A stretch of 63,959 nt of DNA, counting the filler, from Neolecta irregularis DAH-3 (lineage: Eukaryota): the NCBI GenBank assembly GCA_001929475.1. It is 10 parts of 10 records of this genome, joined end to end, with 100 filler letters (N's around TTAATTAATTAA, not from the genome) between each part and the next. Parts side by side here need not be neighbours in the genome. Positions count along the whole stretch, not along the records: positions 1 to 20,082 come from LXFE01000853.1; 9 more parts are not named here. One strand, written 5' to 3'. The position numbers and the translations under genes are program-made. This document shows, in pieces, positions 1 to 14,261 of this stretch (its first letter is position 1; each line of letters begins with the position of its first letter). Below the pieces are notes generated by a model, which worked only from the letters and a program-made list of their open reading frames with translations, was not told where the DNA came from and ran no database searches.

Positions 1-567
1 AATGTGTTCCACCGCACAATATCGCAGTAGGTCATCTAACATTATCATCCTCATTCACATTCACATTCACATGTCAAGATAATTGTGTGAGTATTATTCT
101 TGTAGACGTCTCTGTTTTGTTTCTCTAGGAAATCAAACAAAATATAAGTCCGGAAGTCCGAAAACCATATTCGGAATTGATGACGACATGATTTACACCA
201 TTTCCAAGTATTCATCCAGAAAAATTACACCAAGATATAATTATTATTGTTGTAATGATCTTCTTAACCGTGATAATCAGAGTCATGACGAGAGAATTAG
301 TCATTGCTGGTCAAAGCTATAATATTTAGCTCGACCTGAAGATCTCAAAATGGAATCAATAATGTATCTCACTAAATTATCTTACATAGCCCGACAAGAT
401 CGAAAAAGAAAGTCATTTGATCATATGAAGACTGATATCGCTGTCGACAGCTATCTTGCAGCTTGAGGGTTTACAGTATTGAATAGAAATATGTTTCTTC
501 AGTGTCAAGAGATCTACATTTAGAGCCCAGAGGGGCAAAATATGGGGGTTACACAGTACAAAATGAT

Positions 568-2364
568 TCAACGGCCAGATTTGAGGAAAAGACTATAGAC
601 TTTATTCGATGTTTCTTCAATGTGTGGAAAGCCAAGCTTCCGGAGAAAGTCGTCAAAGGTTGTGTTATCAACAGCTGGAACCTGAATAGCTACAAGGACT
701 TTTCCAACATCTAATGAGTTAGTATATCCCTGTACAGCAACTTACCAGATCCATGATTTCTATAATGAAAAAGAGAGATATTCCAGTCAGTTTTCAAGCC
801 TGCTAAAAACTTAGACAAAGCACCGGGTCTTTCTGGAAATTCTAAATATATCAGTAATTTTACAAAACAACGATAATACCGAATCTGAATAGTCTTTCAT
901 TATCGACTTGTGCTTTACCGCCAGACAGGTATCGTATATGATCTTTTACCATCTCGTCACCACTGATATCAGTTGCAACAAAACCTTCTTTGCCAAACTC
1001 CCTGCGAACCTTCTCAATGTCCTCCCAATTTGTGATCTGGAACCCAATCAAAACCACAGCTCTCGCCTTGTCAGAATATCGATAAGAAAATTCGGTAACA
1101 GCCCGTGGATAAATCACACTGGTCAATCGCACAAACGTCCCTGGAGTTTCTGGAATGACAACGCTCATCAATACCTCGCGTTGTTCACCAATCTCTGCTC
1201 GTTCTGCAACAAACCGTAAGCGATCAAAGTTCATGTTTGCGCCTGAAAGGATTGCACAATAAGAAGTTTGAGAAGTTGGGGGATTCAATGTCAGATATTT
1301 CTTAAGTCCAGCCACTGATAAAGCGCCCGCAGGCTCAACAATACTTCTCGTATCTGTTCCGTAATTATTATCTATATAACAGCTGGAAATACCTTCAAAA
1401 ACATCCTTGATAGCAGCGCAAATCTCATCTGTGGAAACAAGAACCATCTCATCGACATATTTTGAACATAATCTAAAAGTCTCGGTGCCAACAACACGAA
1501 CAGCAGCGCCATCAGCAAACAATCCCACTTCGTTTAATCTTGTAATCTCTCTCTCTTCTAATGATCTTGTCATCGCATCTGCATCAAAAGTTTCGACGCC
1601 AATTATCTTGATATGTGGAGCAATTCTCTTGAGATAAGTTGCAACGCCAGCGATTAAACCACCACCACCAACGCAACAAAAGACGATTTCAAGTTTGTCA
1701 AGGTTACATTGTCGAAGGATTTCCATGGCAATCGTTCCTTGACCGGCTATAACGTATGGATCGTCGTAAGGAGGTATATCTGTTAATCCATGTTTTAGTG
1801 ATAATCGAAGACATTCTTCTTTCGCCTGATCGAAATCATCGCCGTAAAGAACGACTTTACTTCCCATTCGCGTTACATTCAAGTGTTTGATGCTCGGCGT
1901 GACGACTGGCATTACGATTGTAGAAGGAATTTTCAAACGTTGAGCAGAATAAGCAACTCCTTGAGCATGGTTCCCTCAGAATGTCAGGCTTGAATACAAC
2001 TATACTGAATACCGGCAGAACATGCGATAATTCCCTTCCAGCAGTCTTCTTTGGGTAAATGTGCAATTTTGTTATACGCTCCCCGGATCTTAAAACTAAA
2101 GACTGGTTGAAGATCTTCTCTTTTTAACAACACTTGTGCACCAAGTCTTGATGAGAGGTTTGTAGCAGGTGTTAAAGGCGTCTCTTCAATTATATCGTAA
2201 ACTTTTGAAGTGAGTATTAAACGAATATAATCGGGTGTTCCATCTGAAAGAAGAAAAGACGAAGCTATATCAGGGTATAAATTTGAATCCGGATCTGTTG
2301 ATGATCTTCGAGAATTCAATTGTTGGTTTTCCTCTGTGCAATCTGAGTTTTCATTTAATGACAT
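568..2364 (-). CDS. ILV1: Threonine dehydratase (threonine ammonia-lyase), spliced
   Basis: PLP motif [26 protein letters not shown] across an intron, GGGGL loop, [18 protein letters not shown]-terminal ACT-like repeats ([18 protein letters not shown]); stop TGA at 570-568. Confidence 0.96.
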
Positions 2365-2513
2365 TTTTGTCTATTGCAATGATCTGATCTGATGTTGGAT
2401 TTAATGGTTATCGCAATTTGCCGCAAATATCCCGTGATTCGCCGCTGATCTTCTTCCAACCTACTGGCAAATCTCAATCTAGTCAAGATAATACATAACC
2501 ACCTTTTGCAATA

Positions 2514-3652
2514 ATGGAAAGGTTACAAAGACTGTTTGGTTCCGGTGTTGGGAGTATGGGATTAGGCCAGACTTCGCAGGTGGCCGGAATTGTATAATCG
2601 GGTTGAATTATCAATGATGACGAATCCAGGATCAACCAATAGTCGATAACTCTGAATGTGTATACATATCGTCATTGGCATTATTGAAAATGCTGAAACA
2701 TGGCCGAGCAGTAGTTTTGTTGCTGTAACATGAATTGATCGACCAGGGTGTGCCAATGGAAGTTATGGGACTGATGTTGGGCGAGTTTATCGATGAATAT
2801 ACAGTGCGGTATATCCCATTCTTTGTTTTCTGCAGCTAATGCATTCAAGTGTAGTCGATGTGTTTGCAATGCCGCAGTCTGGAACTGGGGTATCGGTGGA
2901 AGCTGTAGATCCTGTATTCCAGCAGAAAATGATGGAGATGTTGAAACAGACAGGGAGGTATTAATTTCCTCACGTATTATCGGTTGATTTTTATCAGACC
3001 TGAAATGGTAGTCGGGTGGTATCATTCGCATCCAGGATTCGGCTGTTGGTTGAGCAGTGTCGATACGAATACGCAACAGTCATTCGAACAATTAAATCCG
3101 CGTGCTGTTGCTGTTGTTATTGATCCTATTCAGTCCGTCAAGGGGAAGGTTTTCACCTCCTTCTGGTATGCGTTTTGACTTTAGGTTGTCATTGATGCAT
3201 TCCGTCTGATCAATCCTTCTACAGCTATGATGGGCCAGGAACCTCGGCAAACGACGTCAAATATTGGACATCTCAATAAACCGTCTATCCAGGCTCTCAT
3301 CCATGGTCTGAATCGTCAATACTACTCTATCCGCATTGATTATCGCAAGAGCGAGCTTGAAGAGAATATGTTGTTGAATCTCCACAAAAACACCTGGACA
3401 CATGGTCTAACACTCGGAGACTTTGATCTTCATAATAAAGAGAATCAGAAATCTATGGAACAAATGGCTAAGTTGGCCGAAGGGTACACTAAACAAGTCA
3501 AGGAAGAATCTGATTTGACGCCCGAACAACTCAAAACTCAGCATGTGGGAAAGCAGAATCACAAAAGACATCTCGAAGAAAGCGTTGAGAAAGTCATGGG
3601 TGACAATATCAGTACTATGCTTAGTTCCATCATTGATAAAGTCTCGTTCTAA
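2514..3652 (+). CDS. RPN11: 26S proteasome lid deubiquitinase Rpn11 (MPN/JAMM)
   Basis: MERLQRL start; [32 protein letters not shown] motif [19 protein letters not shown]; several short introns. Confidence 0.98.
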
Positions 3653-3730
3653 GTCGAATTCTTCGAGTCCTGTTCTTCTATGTCCTGCTCATTGTCTCGT
3701 TCCTAATCCAAGTTATCTGAATAATTCCTA

Positions 3731-4160
3731 CTATGCAGTTTCAAGTTTCTCCAAAGCTGCTTCTCTCCTCTTTTCCTTTTGGTCCATTTCATCCAATTTT
3801 TTGAGCCATTCTTGCTGAAACCAATCAATATATCAAGAGACATGATCCCACCTGCCGAACACGCCTTTGATCACTGTCATCATCCTGTCGTTGGGAACTG
3901 CTTCCTTTCTTGCTGTAGTAAAGACTTCCACCAATAAGTGCAACCACGGTTGCTCCCTGAGCAGCTACTCGTAGTCTAAACATATAGTTCATCATCAATT
4001 TGTTTCCTTTTCTTCCTGCGATCGCAGCTCCGATTAAAGCACCGCAAGTTATTAAACATCCGAGTGGGACTAATGGCTGGCGCTTGCTCTCGTAAACTAT
4101 TTTTGACCATCCGCTCAAAGGTTTTTCAGGATCTGGAGCAGACGAAAATTGGCTCGACAT
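3731..4160 (-). CDS. RCF1: Respiratory supercomplex factor 1 (HIG1 domain)
   Basis: QPLVPLGCLIT...MFRLRVAAQGATVVAL; second exon QEWLKKLDEMDQK; stop at 3733-3731. Confidence 0.9.
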
Positions 4161-4240
4161 AGCAATATATCGGTGTATAGATTGTTGAATTTAAAGATCG
4201 ATGACGAAAATCCCAACCTCCAATATTCAATTGGCGATCT

Positions 4241-7200
4241 ATGGATCTCGGATTCAGCAGCGCACAAGAGGCAATTGAATCGCTAAAGAGATACCAGTTT
4301 TCGGTTCTATTGAAAAACGATATCTCAACTGAAGAAATTGGAATTATCAACCAGAAAGTGCGTTGGTAGCCTGAATCCGACATGAGCTAAATAGTAGGTG
4401 TCATTGTTTCAGGAACAGCCGCAACTCCTTGATCCATATCTCGAGGAGCTTTTAAATCCATTATCATCACCACTTGTTGAGGCAATCTGTCGACGAACAT
4501 TGAATAATCGCGACCACCAACTGTTTTCATTACTATACACATTTACCAAAGTTCGTGGTTACAAGACCATAAGTAAATATCAGGAGATATGTCAATTTTC
4601 TGACTAGAAGTCAGGTTTTTGCCACACGATGTACACCTTTTAGAACCCTTTCTTGATTGCCTACTCGCCCAAGATGTACTTGACTTTGAGCTGTGGATGA
4701 CTCGTTACATAATGCTGCTATGGCTATCGCTTATCATTATGACGCCATTTGACCTACAACTCATTGAAAGCACTGAAAAGAAGCTCGTGGATCAGATACT
4801 AAATATCGGAAAGCCGTATCTGCAGTCTAGCGGGAAAGAAAGAGAAGGTGCTGCAGTACTAATCGCGAGATTGCTTGGTCGAAAAGATACATGCGGTGAA
4901 CTCGGAGGATATATTGAATGGTGTTATGAAACATGGAATGCAGATAATTCTGACGTATTTCTGGTAGCATGAGTCCTGAAAAGCTGAACTGATTGAGAGA
5001 AAACAGGTATTCTCAACAGTCTTTGCGAAATCCACGAAAAGGGCGATCGGAAATATGTTCAAAATATCCAACCGCAAATGCGTGAAATCATGGCACGGGT
5101 TGATTCTGATGACCTTGTCAAGAACAATATCCTTGTTCGTAAGCTTCGAGTAAAGCTCGTTTGCAGGATTGGACTGTCTATACTGAAACCACGAACTGCT
5201 AGGTGGAGATATACTCAGAAAAATCGATCATTGTTGAAGAACCTGGGGCAAGCTGTAACAGATGAAGAACAACTTGATGAAGAATATTTTGAGATTGATG
5301 GCAAGATTGAAGAGATTGTGGGATATTTACTGGATGCATTAAAAGATAAGGTAATCCGCCTCCACTTATCTTTGTTGAAATACAGGACACAATTGTTCGA
5401 TGGTCTGCTGCCAAAGGAATTGCTCGAATCACAACACGTCTTCCAAAGGACTTTGCTGATCAGGTTGTATCGGCTTTACTGGACCTATTTGCCGAAAACA
5501 ACGGGAAGCAAAGTATAGCTTCGACATCAGATGCAACATGGCATGGATCATGTCTAGCTGTAGCTGAGCTCTGTCGAAATGGCCTCATCTTGCCCCCGCG
5601 TATTCCAGATTTTCTGCCATATCTTCAAGTGGTAAAATCACATGTACTTCATATACTTTACTTATTAAATAGGCACTGCTCTTCGATATTCGTCGCGGTG
5701 CGCATTCAATTGGTTCTCACGTTCGCGATGCTGCTTGCTACGTTATCTGGTCTCTCGTCCGGACATATCCAGTTGAAATTCTTTCGCCTTTTACCCATTT
5801 TCTTACATCCAATCTTATCATCGTATCCTGCTTTGACCGTGAAATCAATGTTCGAAGGGCGGCTAGTGCTGCTTATCAAGAAGGGACTGGTCGCCAAGGC
5901 AATTTTCCCGAGGGAATCGCAATTATCGGCATTATGGACTACTTTGCAGTGGGCACCAGGAAAAGTGCATTTTCAGTCGGTATGGAAATCGCCACGAGAG
6001 AGGAGTATAAAAAGGACATTATAAAACACCTTCAAGAGAGAGTAATCCGACATTGGGACCGAGATATGAGAGAATTAGGGGCAGAATGTTTTGGAAAACT
6101 GTCAATCTTCGATGTTCAATCTGCGAAGAAGATATTGCTAGAAATGGTTTATTGCTATGGTTTGATACTCTACTCACCTGTAGATTTCAAATACTGAGGT
6201 TATGGATTCAACTCGACTTCATGGAGTCATTCTATCAATCTCACACATAATCGATCACTTTCCAGAAACCAAAATGGAAGAATCGCTACAGTTATATCTG
6301 CCCGGTATTATAGGCCGTCTACCTGAGCGTATATGGAGATCAAGCGATGCAGATATTTTAAATGAAGCAACTTGTCAATTGATCGTATCATTGTGCTCAA
6401 AACCTCTCAAGCTGGTATGTGAACCGCTTCTCAACAGAATCAAGGCAGCTTTTATAAGTTCAAGTATTTCGGTCCACAAAAAAGCATGTCAAGCTACAAT
6501 GACAGTATTCACTACGTTTCAGATTCCAGACGCTATCGACGATTTTGTCAAGCGGATTGATTCAAAGGCATCCATAACATCGAGGAGAGGTTTCACCAAG
6601 GCTCTCGGCGCGATTTGCTTTCTAAATTACGAGGCGAAGCTTGAAGGCGTTTTGTTCGCGTTACAACGCAGTATTGATGAATTGGTATGCGCCTGGTGAT
6701 CTAGGGATTTCTTCTCATGAAGGTTACGTACGACACCGATACTCGAGCGAACGCAATTTCTGCAATTGACTCCATCTTTCATAATTCCTTTGTCTTTCTA
6801 AAGAATGGTAGAGTTCATTCAAGTAGTCATTTTCTAAAGCCTAGCTCTAGCCGCTTCATCATTCCAGTCCATATTAAGATCAGTATTAAGAGGCCTTGAA
6901 GACTATACGACAGATTCTCGTGGTGATATTGGTTCGATTGTCCGGCAGGCATCAATTTGTACTCTCACTACTTGTCTCAGACTATCTATGGGAACATCAT
7001 GGTTATCAGACGACTTGGCTCAATCCATCTACTCTGGGATTCTCAAGCAGAGTGTCGAGAAAATTGATCGAGTAAGACAACTTGCTAGCGAGAAGTTCAT
7101 AGAGATTTTGAAAATGGATGAACTCGTATTTAAACCACGAGATCGGGAGCTTTTCGGCCAACTCTTGCAAATCGAGTGCGTGCTCTCTCACTCCCTTTAT

Positions 7201-8144
7201 TGACCTCATCATAGCAATTCTGTGGGCTTTCCTCAAGACTTTTGGTCATCTAGCGAATTCTTTCTGGCTATGCTCAAATCCCTTCAAGTCCCGAATTATC
7301 GTATCTCGATACTCTCGGGGTTTGTGACCAGCGCAGGCGCAGGCAGCGAATCTCTTGTACGAACAAATGCTCTAACAAGAATCTCATTGTTAACTCTCTT
7401 TAGTTACGTGTGACAAGCACCGCTTTAATCAGCTTTACCAGTCAACTTTCTCTGACTTCCAATTGTCATATACTTACACTCTTGGAATTTCTTGAATCAT
7501 TAATTCAAATGATTACGGAAAACTTTGAGACTGACCGAATCATGATTCCTGCACTCGTGGTAATCGGAAATTTATTCGAATTACAGATTTTGCAGAAGGT
7601 TGACGGACACTACAAGTACCTAGTCCTGTTTTAATTCCGGTTTTACAAATATCAGTTTTGGCCACTTGTTTGATCTCATCCATCAAGCAACTTTGAAGAG
7701 TCGAAATGTGTCTAAACTTGCAGCCTCAATTCGCGTGTAAATTCCTTTGAAATTGTGCACACCAAGCTGATCATCGGGTAGATATTCTGGCCTCGCGACA
7801 CTTCACAAAGACAAAGCAGGCTATAACGCCATTTTGAAACTAACTAATTTACTACTACATCCGTTTCCGAGGGTATAACGGGACAAATATCCAGACTCTA
7901 ACTATCTTAGATTCGAAGCTTGGCTGCAGATAATCTTTTTGTGTATACAAGTTCTCAAAATGTGATCAGTCAGCATCTAGTAGAAGAATGTGAAACTGTG
8001 CTGTTGGAGTGTGATTGGTAGCGTCCATCCATATCCACGCATCGCTCTAAATTGATTAGGTCGACCAATATCAAAGACTTGAAGACTCAGGTGGTCGTTC
8101 TACGACCACTCCTCTTAGAAATATTTCGGGGTGCACATGACTAG
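4241..8144 (+). CDS. Tubulin-folding cofactor D (TBCD/Alp1/Cin1), ~14 introns
   Basis: [106 protein letters not shown]. Confidence 0.93.
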
Positions 8145-8314
8145 CAATGGGAGATATTCGGCATCGTAAGTTGCCAGCTGGCTAATTCCGGCTCATATTA
8201 CTAGCCGCATGTACACTATACCATAAACGTGTCATGGAACAGCATGTTACAAGTGTACGACTCTTCTTTATATAAACCCGTCTCCCATCTTCCTTTCTCC
8301 CCTGTTCTCTTCCA

Positions 8315-9413
8315 ATGTCCTGCGGCACCATATTCAAAACTCTCACCAAAAGATTCATATGTCTTCGGCGCAGAAAGACCAAAGATCCTTGCTGCGAAAC
8401 CATTGCCATAACGACCGTCGACTCTTCGACGCAAACCCCACCGCCCCACGAACCTCCTAAACATAACATCTTTTGGCTTCCTCGAGAATTGCTCTTGAAT
8501 ATCGCCAATCGGCTTAGTCCTGCCGACATCATCAGATTGTCTTGGATGAACAAAAGGATGTATCGAATAATTCATAGACCCGCGCTGTGGAAGGCACGTA
8601 TCGAGAGGGAATTTGGCCCAAAAAGCCACGAATTACTCGAGCCAGATGCGACCGCTACTCAGTACGTCTCGGCTTACCGGAAGCTGTGTAAAAGACACTG
8701 GTTCTGACGATATTGACATGACAGCCCAACCCTTTGTTACATCTTGTGCCGACTGGGAATATGCCTGGCTACAATCTGGTTATTGGGAAATCAACGCCAA
8801 CGAAAACTCAAAATTTCAAAAGACAGCAGATCTCAGTAAAACATTTGTCTGGTGGCTTCATGGCCACAAGACTCTTCTTGTGCAGCCTGGCATATACAAG
8901 ATCACTTGGGCATTACAACTTCAGATAGGTGCGGTTTCGCGATCCATTCTTGATGCCGTTAGTTTGAACGTTGTCTCACAGAATGCTCCCAGCGGCCAGA
9001 TTGATGCTGCCTACAGGATACTGTTTGGTAGCATTCGAAGTCAAATTCCTCTCGATCTTCCTGATACATTCCATGAATTTGAAATGCCAGGATATATTCA
9101 CATTCCTTTCGCCGATTCTCCGGATAGAAAGGATTGGTGTCGAGTCAAGTTTGAGATTCGAGATACTGAAGTATACTCTGATTTTCAATGAAAATTATAA
9201 CAATCTTAGAGTCAACGACCCAAGAGCGGCATTAATCTCGACTATGTTAAGCTCACGCCCATTGATTCCATAAATTCTTCTTCCAACATTCTCAACATCA
9301 TCCCTTATTCGACAAACGAGTCTACTACATCTACATCAGAGCTCGCCAGAAGTCTTACCATGAAGGCGGAGCTGCAGGCAGTCATTCCTCAAACTTCGGT
9401 TCCTTGTACATGA
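8315..9413 (+). CDS. F-box protein with C-terminal PP2/Nictaba-like lectin domain (paralog 1)
   Basis: F-box LPRELLLNIANRLSPADIIRLSWMNKRM; introns 8688-8724 and 9171-9209; AWLQSGYW...SKF..TADL..VWWLHG...PGIYKITW...VKFEIRD...KSGINLDYVKLTP; TATATAAA at ~8269. Confidence 0.8.
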
Positions 9414-10449
9414 TTTTTCACTTCGCGCCACATTTATGATGATAATGCTATAGTGGGTTCTAAATATCTATAGATGGATCTAACTATTCCGCCGGGGGAC
9501 CTTCATGGATGTATTAAGGTATTTAAGGTTTATCATTGCAAAGGAGTTATGTTTGGAGTGACGAGGCATGTTTAAGAATCACGCAGGTGGATGATAGATC
9601 ATTAGAATGAATTGCCATGTTAGAGTATTGAACGAAACGATGAGCTGTGACACTACTATGTTTCAGTCATTAACATAGCATGATTTTGTAACAGGATTAG
9701 CACCTTAGCCTAGATAATTATTGACAAGGCAATAATGCATTGTTCAAGTACCTTCACAACTTGATAAAAACCACAACCTTGATAACTAGTTACTAAAGTA
9801 TGAGGTGCACTTAGAACAACCGGATAGATTCGGTTCGAATAATAATATTGACACTACGTTGTATCTTTTCCAAGATCTCACAACTGAAAGGTCAGTACTA
9901 TGGGGATTCGAAGTCATCCCACTGTAATAAGATCCACCTCACCGTTGGAGGTAGCTGAAGGAACTGTCATGGGAAGCCGAAGCTTCATGACCTGGTTTAT
10001 TCGGGGCTATCACAGGAATCGCCCGCCACCTAGTACGGAATAGGGAGGCGAATAGGCAACGACGGCAGTGTGCAGATGGCCTGATTTTGTATATAAGTAG
10101 CGCCGAGCCTGATTAGCAGATTAGACGATATCTGATATTCAGCATAGGTACTTTAACTCCAAGTACCTACATCGGAATACCCAACTAAAGTCCCGCCTAG
10201 CATCAAAATAGAGCTCGAGTGCTGACAAGTACCATTTGTGTCTCGCGAATGGTTTTCAACCACAGTCGATGTAAGAATACGACGTAATATTTCTGCCACA
10301 CAACCATATCGAAATGGATGATAAACCTCATACTTGGCGACTTGTAAATATTGTGAAACTTTCAAGTTCTTGCTATTTCAGCAAATTCATCATTCCCGAA
10401 ACGATTAGGGAGAGCCGAATTAACCTTTCCGGTTTTAGAATTTGCCACT

Positions 10450-11409
10450 ATGCCTCCCTCCAAAATTGAAACGTTACCGACCGAGTTGCTTGCGGAAATT
10501 GTTCTTTATCTCGTTCTCCCAGATATAATTAACTTCACCCTTACCTCGAAAACAATCTGCCGAATTGTACACAGCCCGCCGACTTGGCTGCTCAAGATAC
10601 ATCATGATTTTGGACATTCAGAATCGGCTGAATTGTCTCTAGAGTCCCCAGCCAAGGATTGGGCTCTTCAGTATGAGCGCCTGCGTATATTGCTTGTATC
10701 ACTATCATATGCTGAACCAGTCAGTTCAACCATTGTATACATCTATCGCAGAGTGGCAGTTCGCTTGGATCGACAATCGATATTGGAGGGTAACAGATAC
10801 TCCACAGAGCCCTTTTGGAAAAACTCTGAATCTGGACAACCGTATTGTTTGGTGGGTTTCCGGGCAGAAAACCTTTCCAGTTCCACCTGGTCAATACAAA
10901 GTGACATGGGGTCTTCAAGTTTCTCCTCGAGGAATGGCTCAAAGCCCCAATCTCTTATCGGTTGGCATTCGACAAGTCAAATTCCGAGTCAAATGCCTCG
11001 ATTCTCAGGAATTTGTATCCTCGCAGGTGGAAGGATCATTGAGTGATATCAATGGATCGGAAATTAGAGACTGGACTGAAGTGTCGTTCAAAGGTGTACT
11101 TGATGTGCCGTTTGCCAATGTTACAACAAAAGAGCTGAGTAATGTTCAGTTTGAAGTCAGAGGCATTGCACGTACTCCTATTTTCATCATTTCTAAGCTT
11201 TATAGGAGGGTACAATCAAGATTGGACTTAATCTTGACTTTGTCAAACTTACTCGTATTTTGCATTGTGACGAAGAACCGGAACAAACTACTCTGCAGCC
11301 ATATGAATTTCAAAATGGAGCGCCAAAACTGAGTACCGGCTTAACGAATTCTAAACACATACAGCAATCCACAGGGATATGGTATCGCTTAGCAAGAATA
11401 TTCATGTAA
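10450..11409 (+). CDS. F-box protein with C-terminal PP2/Nictaba-like lectin domain (paralog 2)
   Basis: F-box LPTELLAEIVLYLVLPDIINFTLTSK; introns 10685-10724 and 11168-11205 (GC-AG) at positions equivalent to paralog 1; AWIDNRYW...SPF...VWWVSG...PGQYKVTW...DWTEV...VQFEVR...KIGLNLDFVKLT. Confidence 0.8.
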
Positions 11410-11626
11410 AGACGCCTTTCTATAGCGATTGTATTATTTTCCTGCATGTTGGCGTAATTGGATTGATTGCCCAAGCAACTCTAGCTCAAAGTTGCTTGGC
11501 ACAAGTTATGTATTAATGTGGCTACACGAAGATCTAGCTCCAACATTAATCAAATGAAACTGTAAGTACCGCACAATTCTGATACACAGCATGCAATATA
11601 TATATGCCCCAAATGAAACCAAAAGT

Positions 11627-14164
11627 TTATTCGCCTCGCAATAAATAAGCTGCCAGGGCCTCTTGATCTTCTAAAGAATTCAAATCACCAACTTGAAATG
11701 CTTTATTCTTTTTTGGCATATGGTGATCATCGAACCAATTGACCTTTCGTTTTTTGGTCTTCTCTTCATCGACTAGCACAGGGGGTGATTTGTCTTCATC
11801 ATTAGATACAGGTTGAACACCTTCATCCGAGCTCTCTTCTCGTTCACGAGCCTTTCTTCGTAAAATCTTCTCCCGATGTTTTTCTTTTGAATGTTGTTTA
11901 TCAAGTAAATCCTTCTCTTCCATATCTCCAGACTGAATTTTCAAATATTCTAATTTCTGACGTTCGGGTAGACCAGCCTTCAAAAAGAATTGTTCGTCTT
12001 GGAGTTCGTAGATGGGATGTGCTTCTCCTTCATCATCAAATACCAGCCTTGTGCCCTTTGGAGCGTTTTTTGCAATCGCCTTTTTGGAGAGGGCTTGTTG
12101 GGCCTTGCGTTTTGAGGGCGGCTTTCTCATCTGGTTTATTAGTTCCATACCGTGAACAAGTTTCTGTACTTCTGAAGGTTCTCTAATTTCATCTACAAGA
12201 TCATGATCTGTCCGTTTCACAGCCATGAAATCGTCATCAACATCTGCGTCAATGGTATCCTTGTTTTCTTTTATTAATTTCCCGTAATGCTCAGACAGAA
12301 TATCCTGATTGCGCCTTTCAAACATCCGATCATATTTCGTACGAATTTTAGCTTTATCGGTTCTTCGTTCTCTGCGAGACTGTGCAGAAGCTTCAAATTC
12401 TGGGGTATTTGTTGATGAATCATCTCCATCTGAACCAGATGATATTTCCGCGGCTGTTAATCTTTTGGTCTGAGTGTTGTTTTTGAGCGCTTTGGCTTGA
12501 CAAGTCTGTAAATATGAGCATCGACAGAGCGATAAAACTTACGCTTCCGAATTTAATTTTGGGCGCTCCTGCAAGTCCTAAACTCGCTGCATACTCTTCG
12601 AGAAGAAGATCTTGCATATTAAAGGTCTCTCTGTCCTTTTTCAAATAAATGCTTCGTATATACGATACAAAGGCCTTTTGTCCGAGATACTTGATCTCTG
12701 GATCCTTGAAACACATTGCCTGAAGTTGTTCCTTCACACTCAATCTTTTACTGCTCTTAATCGTAATCTTCTCGATTGGAACCTTTTTAGTGCATAAGCG
12801 TTCAACAAAACTGGATTCTTCGCCCGGACTCAACATCAACAAAGCCCGTCCGTTTCGTTCATATCTTGCAGTCCGTCCAACCCGATGAATATAAGTATCC
12901 GCATCCTCAGGAGCGTCTACCTGAACAACCCAATCCACTGCAGGAAAATCGAGACCCCGAGCAACAATGTCTGTTGAAAATAGACAAACCTGTTTTGAGG
13001 AAGAAAATCGAGCGGTAATTTCAGCTCTAGCGGTTTGCTTTTGCTTTCCGTGAAGATGGAGTAGCGGAATCCCGGGATGCATTCTTTTGAATGTCTCGTA
13101 TGCAAAGCGAACCTTTTATAATTAATCGATATCAAAATGGAAAATTGCCTGTTTACAGGACGAGAAGAAAACCAGAATCTTGCTCTTGAGATGAGTTTTG
13201 AGAAAAGCGAATAAAGTGTCTAATTTATTGGGCAAAGGAACAACGACATAGTGCTGTTGTAAGGTTTCAGGCGTGCTACTTTGTGACGCTTCATGAACAG
13301 CAACATATTCCGGTTCTTTCAAACTCAATCTTGCAAGATCACCAACACTTTTAGTTTGAGTAGCACTAAACAAAAGCGTTTGTCGATTGGGTGGGAGATT
13401 CTCGATAATCCCATCAATTGTTTTTCGAAATCCCATATCAAGAATTCTGTCTGCTTCGTCAAGAACGAGGATTTGCAAGTTGTTTGCTTCAAAACCAGCA
13501 GTCTGGTCCATATGTTGCAACATTCTCCCGGGTGTACAAACGAGAATATTCATCTTTGATAAACGATCTCGTTCAGTTTGTAAATCTTTACCGCCAATCA
13601 CTAATCCTGCTGAAAAGTCGTGCTCGCGGCCTACCTTTCGGAGAACTTGGAATATCTGAACTGCCTGAACCATATAAGCTCTCTAATTTCAAAACCAAAC
13701 AAACAAGTTCTCTTGTTGGAGAAATAATTAATGCTCCAAGACCATCGTGTTGGTTCCATTTTCGAACAAGAAGACCTTCAAGAACCGGAATGATAAAGGC
13801 CAATGTCTTTCCACTGCCAGTTCTAGCTGCCCCCAACACATCCTTTCCCTTTAATGCAAGAGGTAAAGCTTTTCGCTGGATATCGGCAAGGGTAACAAAA
13901 TGCGACTGTTTCAGGCCTGATTTGTCAAATTATATTCTGCCGCAAAGCGAAAATACCTTGGGCTGTCTCTTTGGATAAAGGCAACTCGCTGAATTTCGTA
14001 ATCTCTTTGCTCAAATCCTGTTTCAAATAAGCTGATATTCTGATTAAACCAGATCTTGCAAATTCTTCAATCCGCTGTTTCAGCCGGACTAATTCTGATT
14101 CCTCGCTTTGTCTTTTCTGCTGTCTTGCTTCTTTGGATCTTCCAACCTTGATGCGCCCGGGCAT
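11627..14164 (-). CDS. DBP4: DEAD-box RNA helicase Dbp4/Hca4 (DDX10)
   Basis: [67 protein letters not shown]; Dbp4-type tail ([19 protein letters not shown]). Confidence 0.96.
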
Positions 14165-14261
14165 TTAGATAAATCCTTTCTATTTCGGGAATAAAGTTGG
14201 GATTGTGTAAAAGAATAAAAATTTCGGGTGTCGATAATTGAGAATAATGATAAACCACCAC

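Noticed and set aside
1-466. Possible 3' end of a + strand gene (…KTDIAVDSYLAA*)
   Set aside because: Cannot build a consistent exon chain or recognise a family
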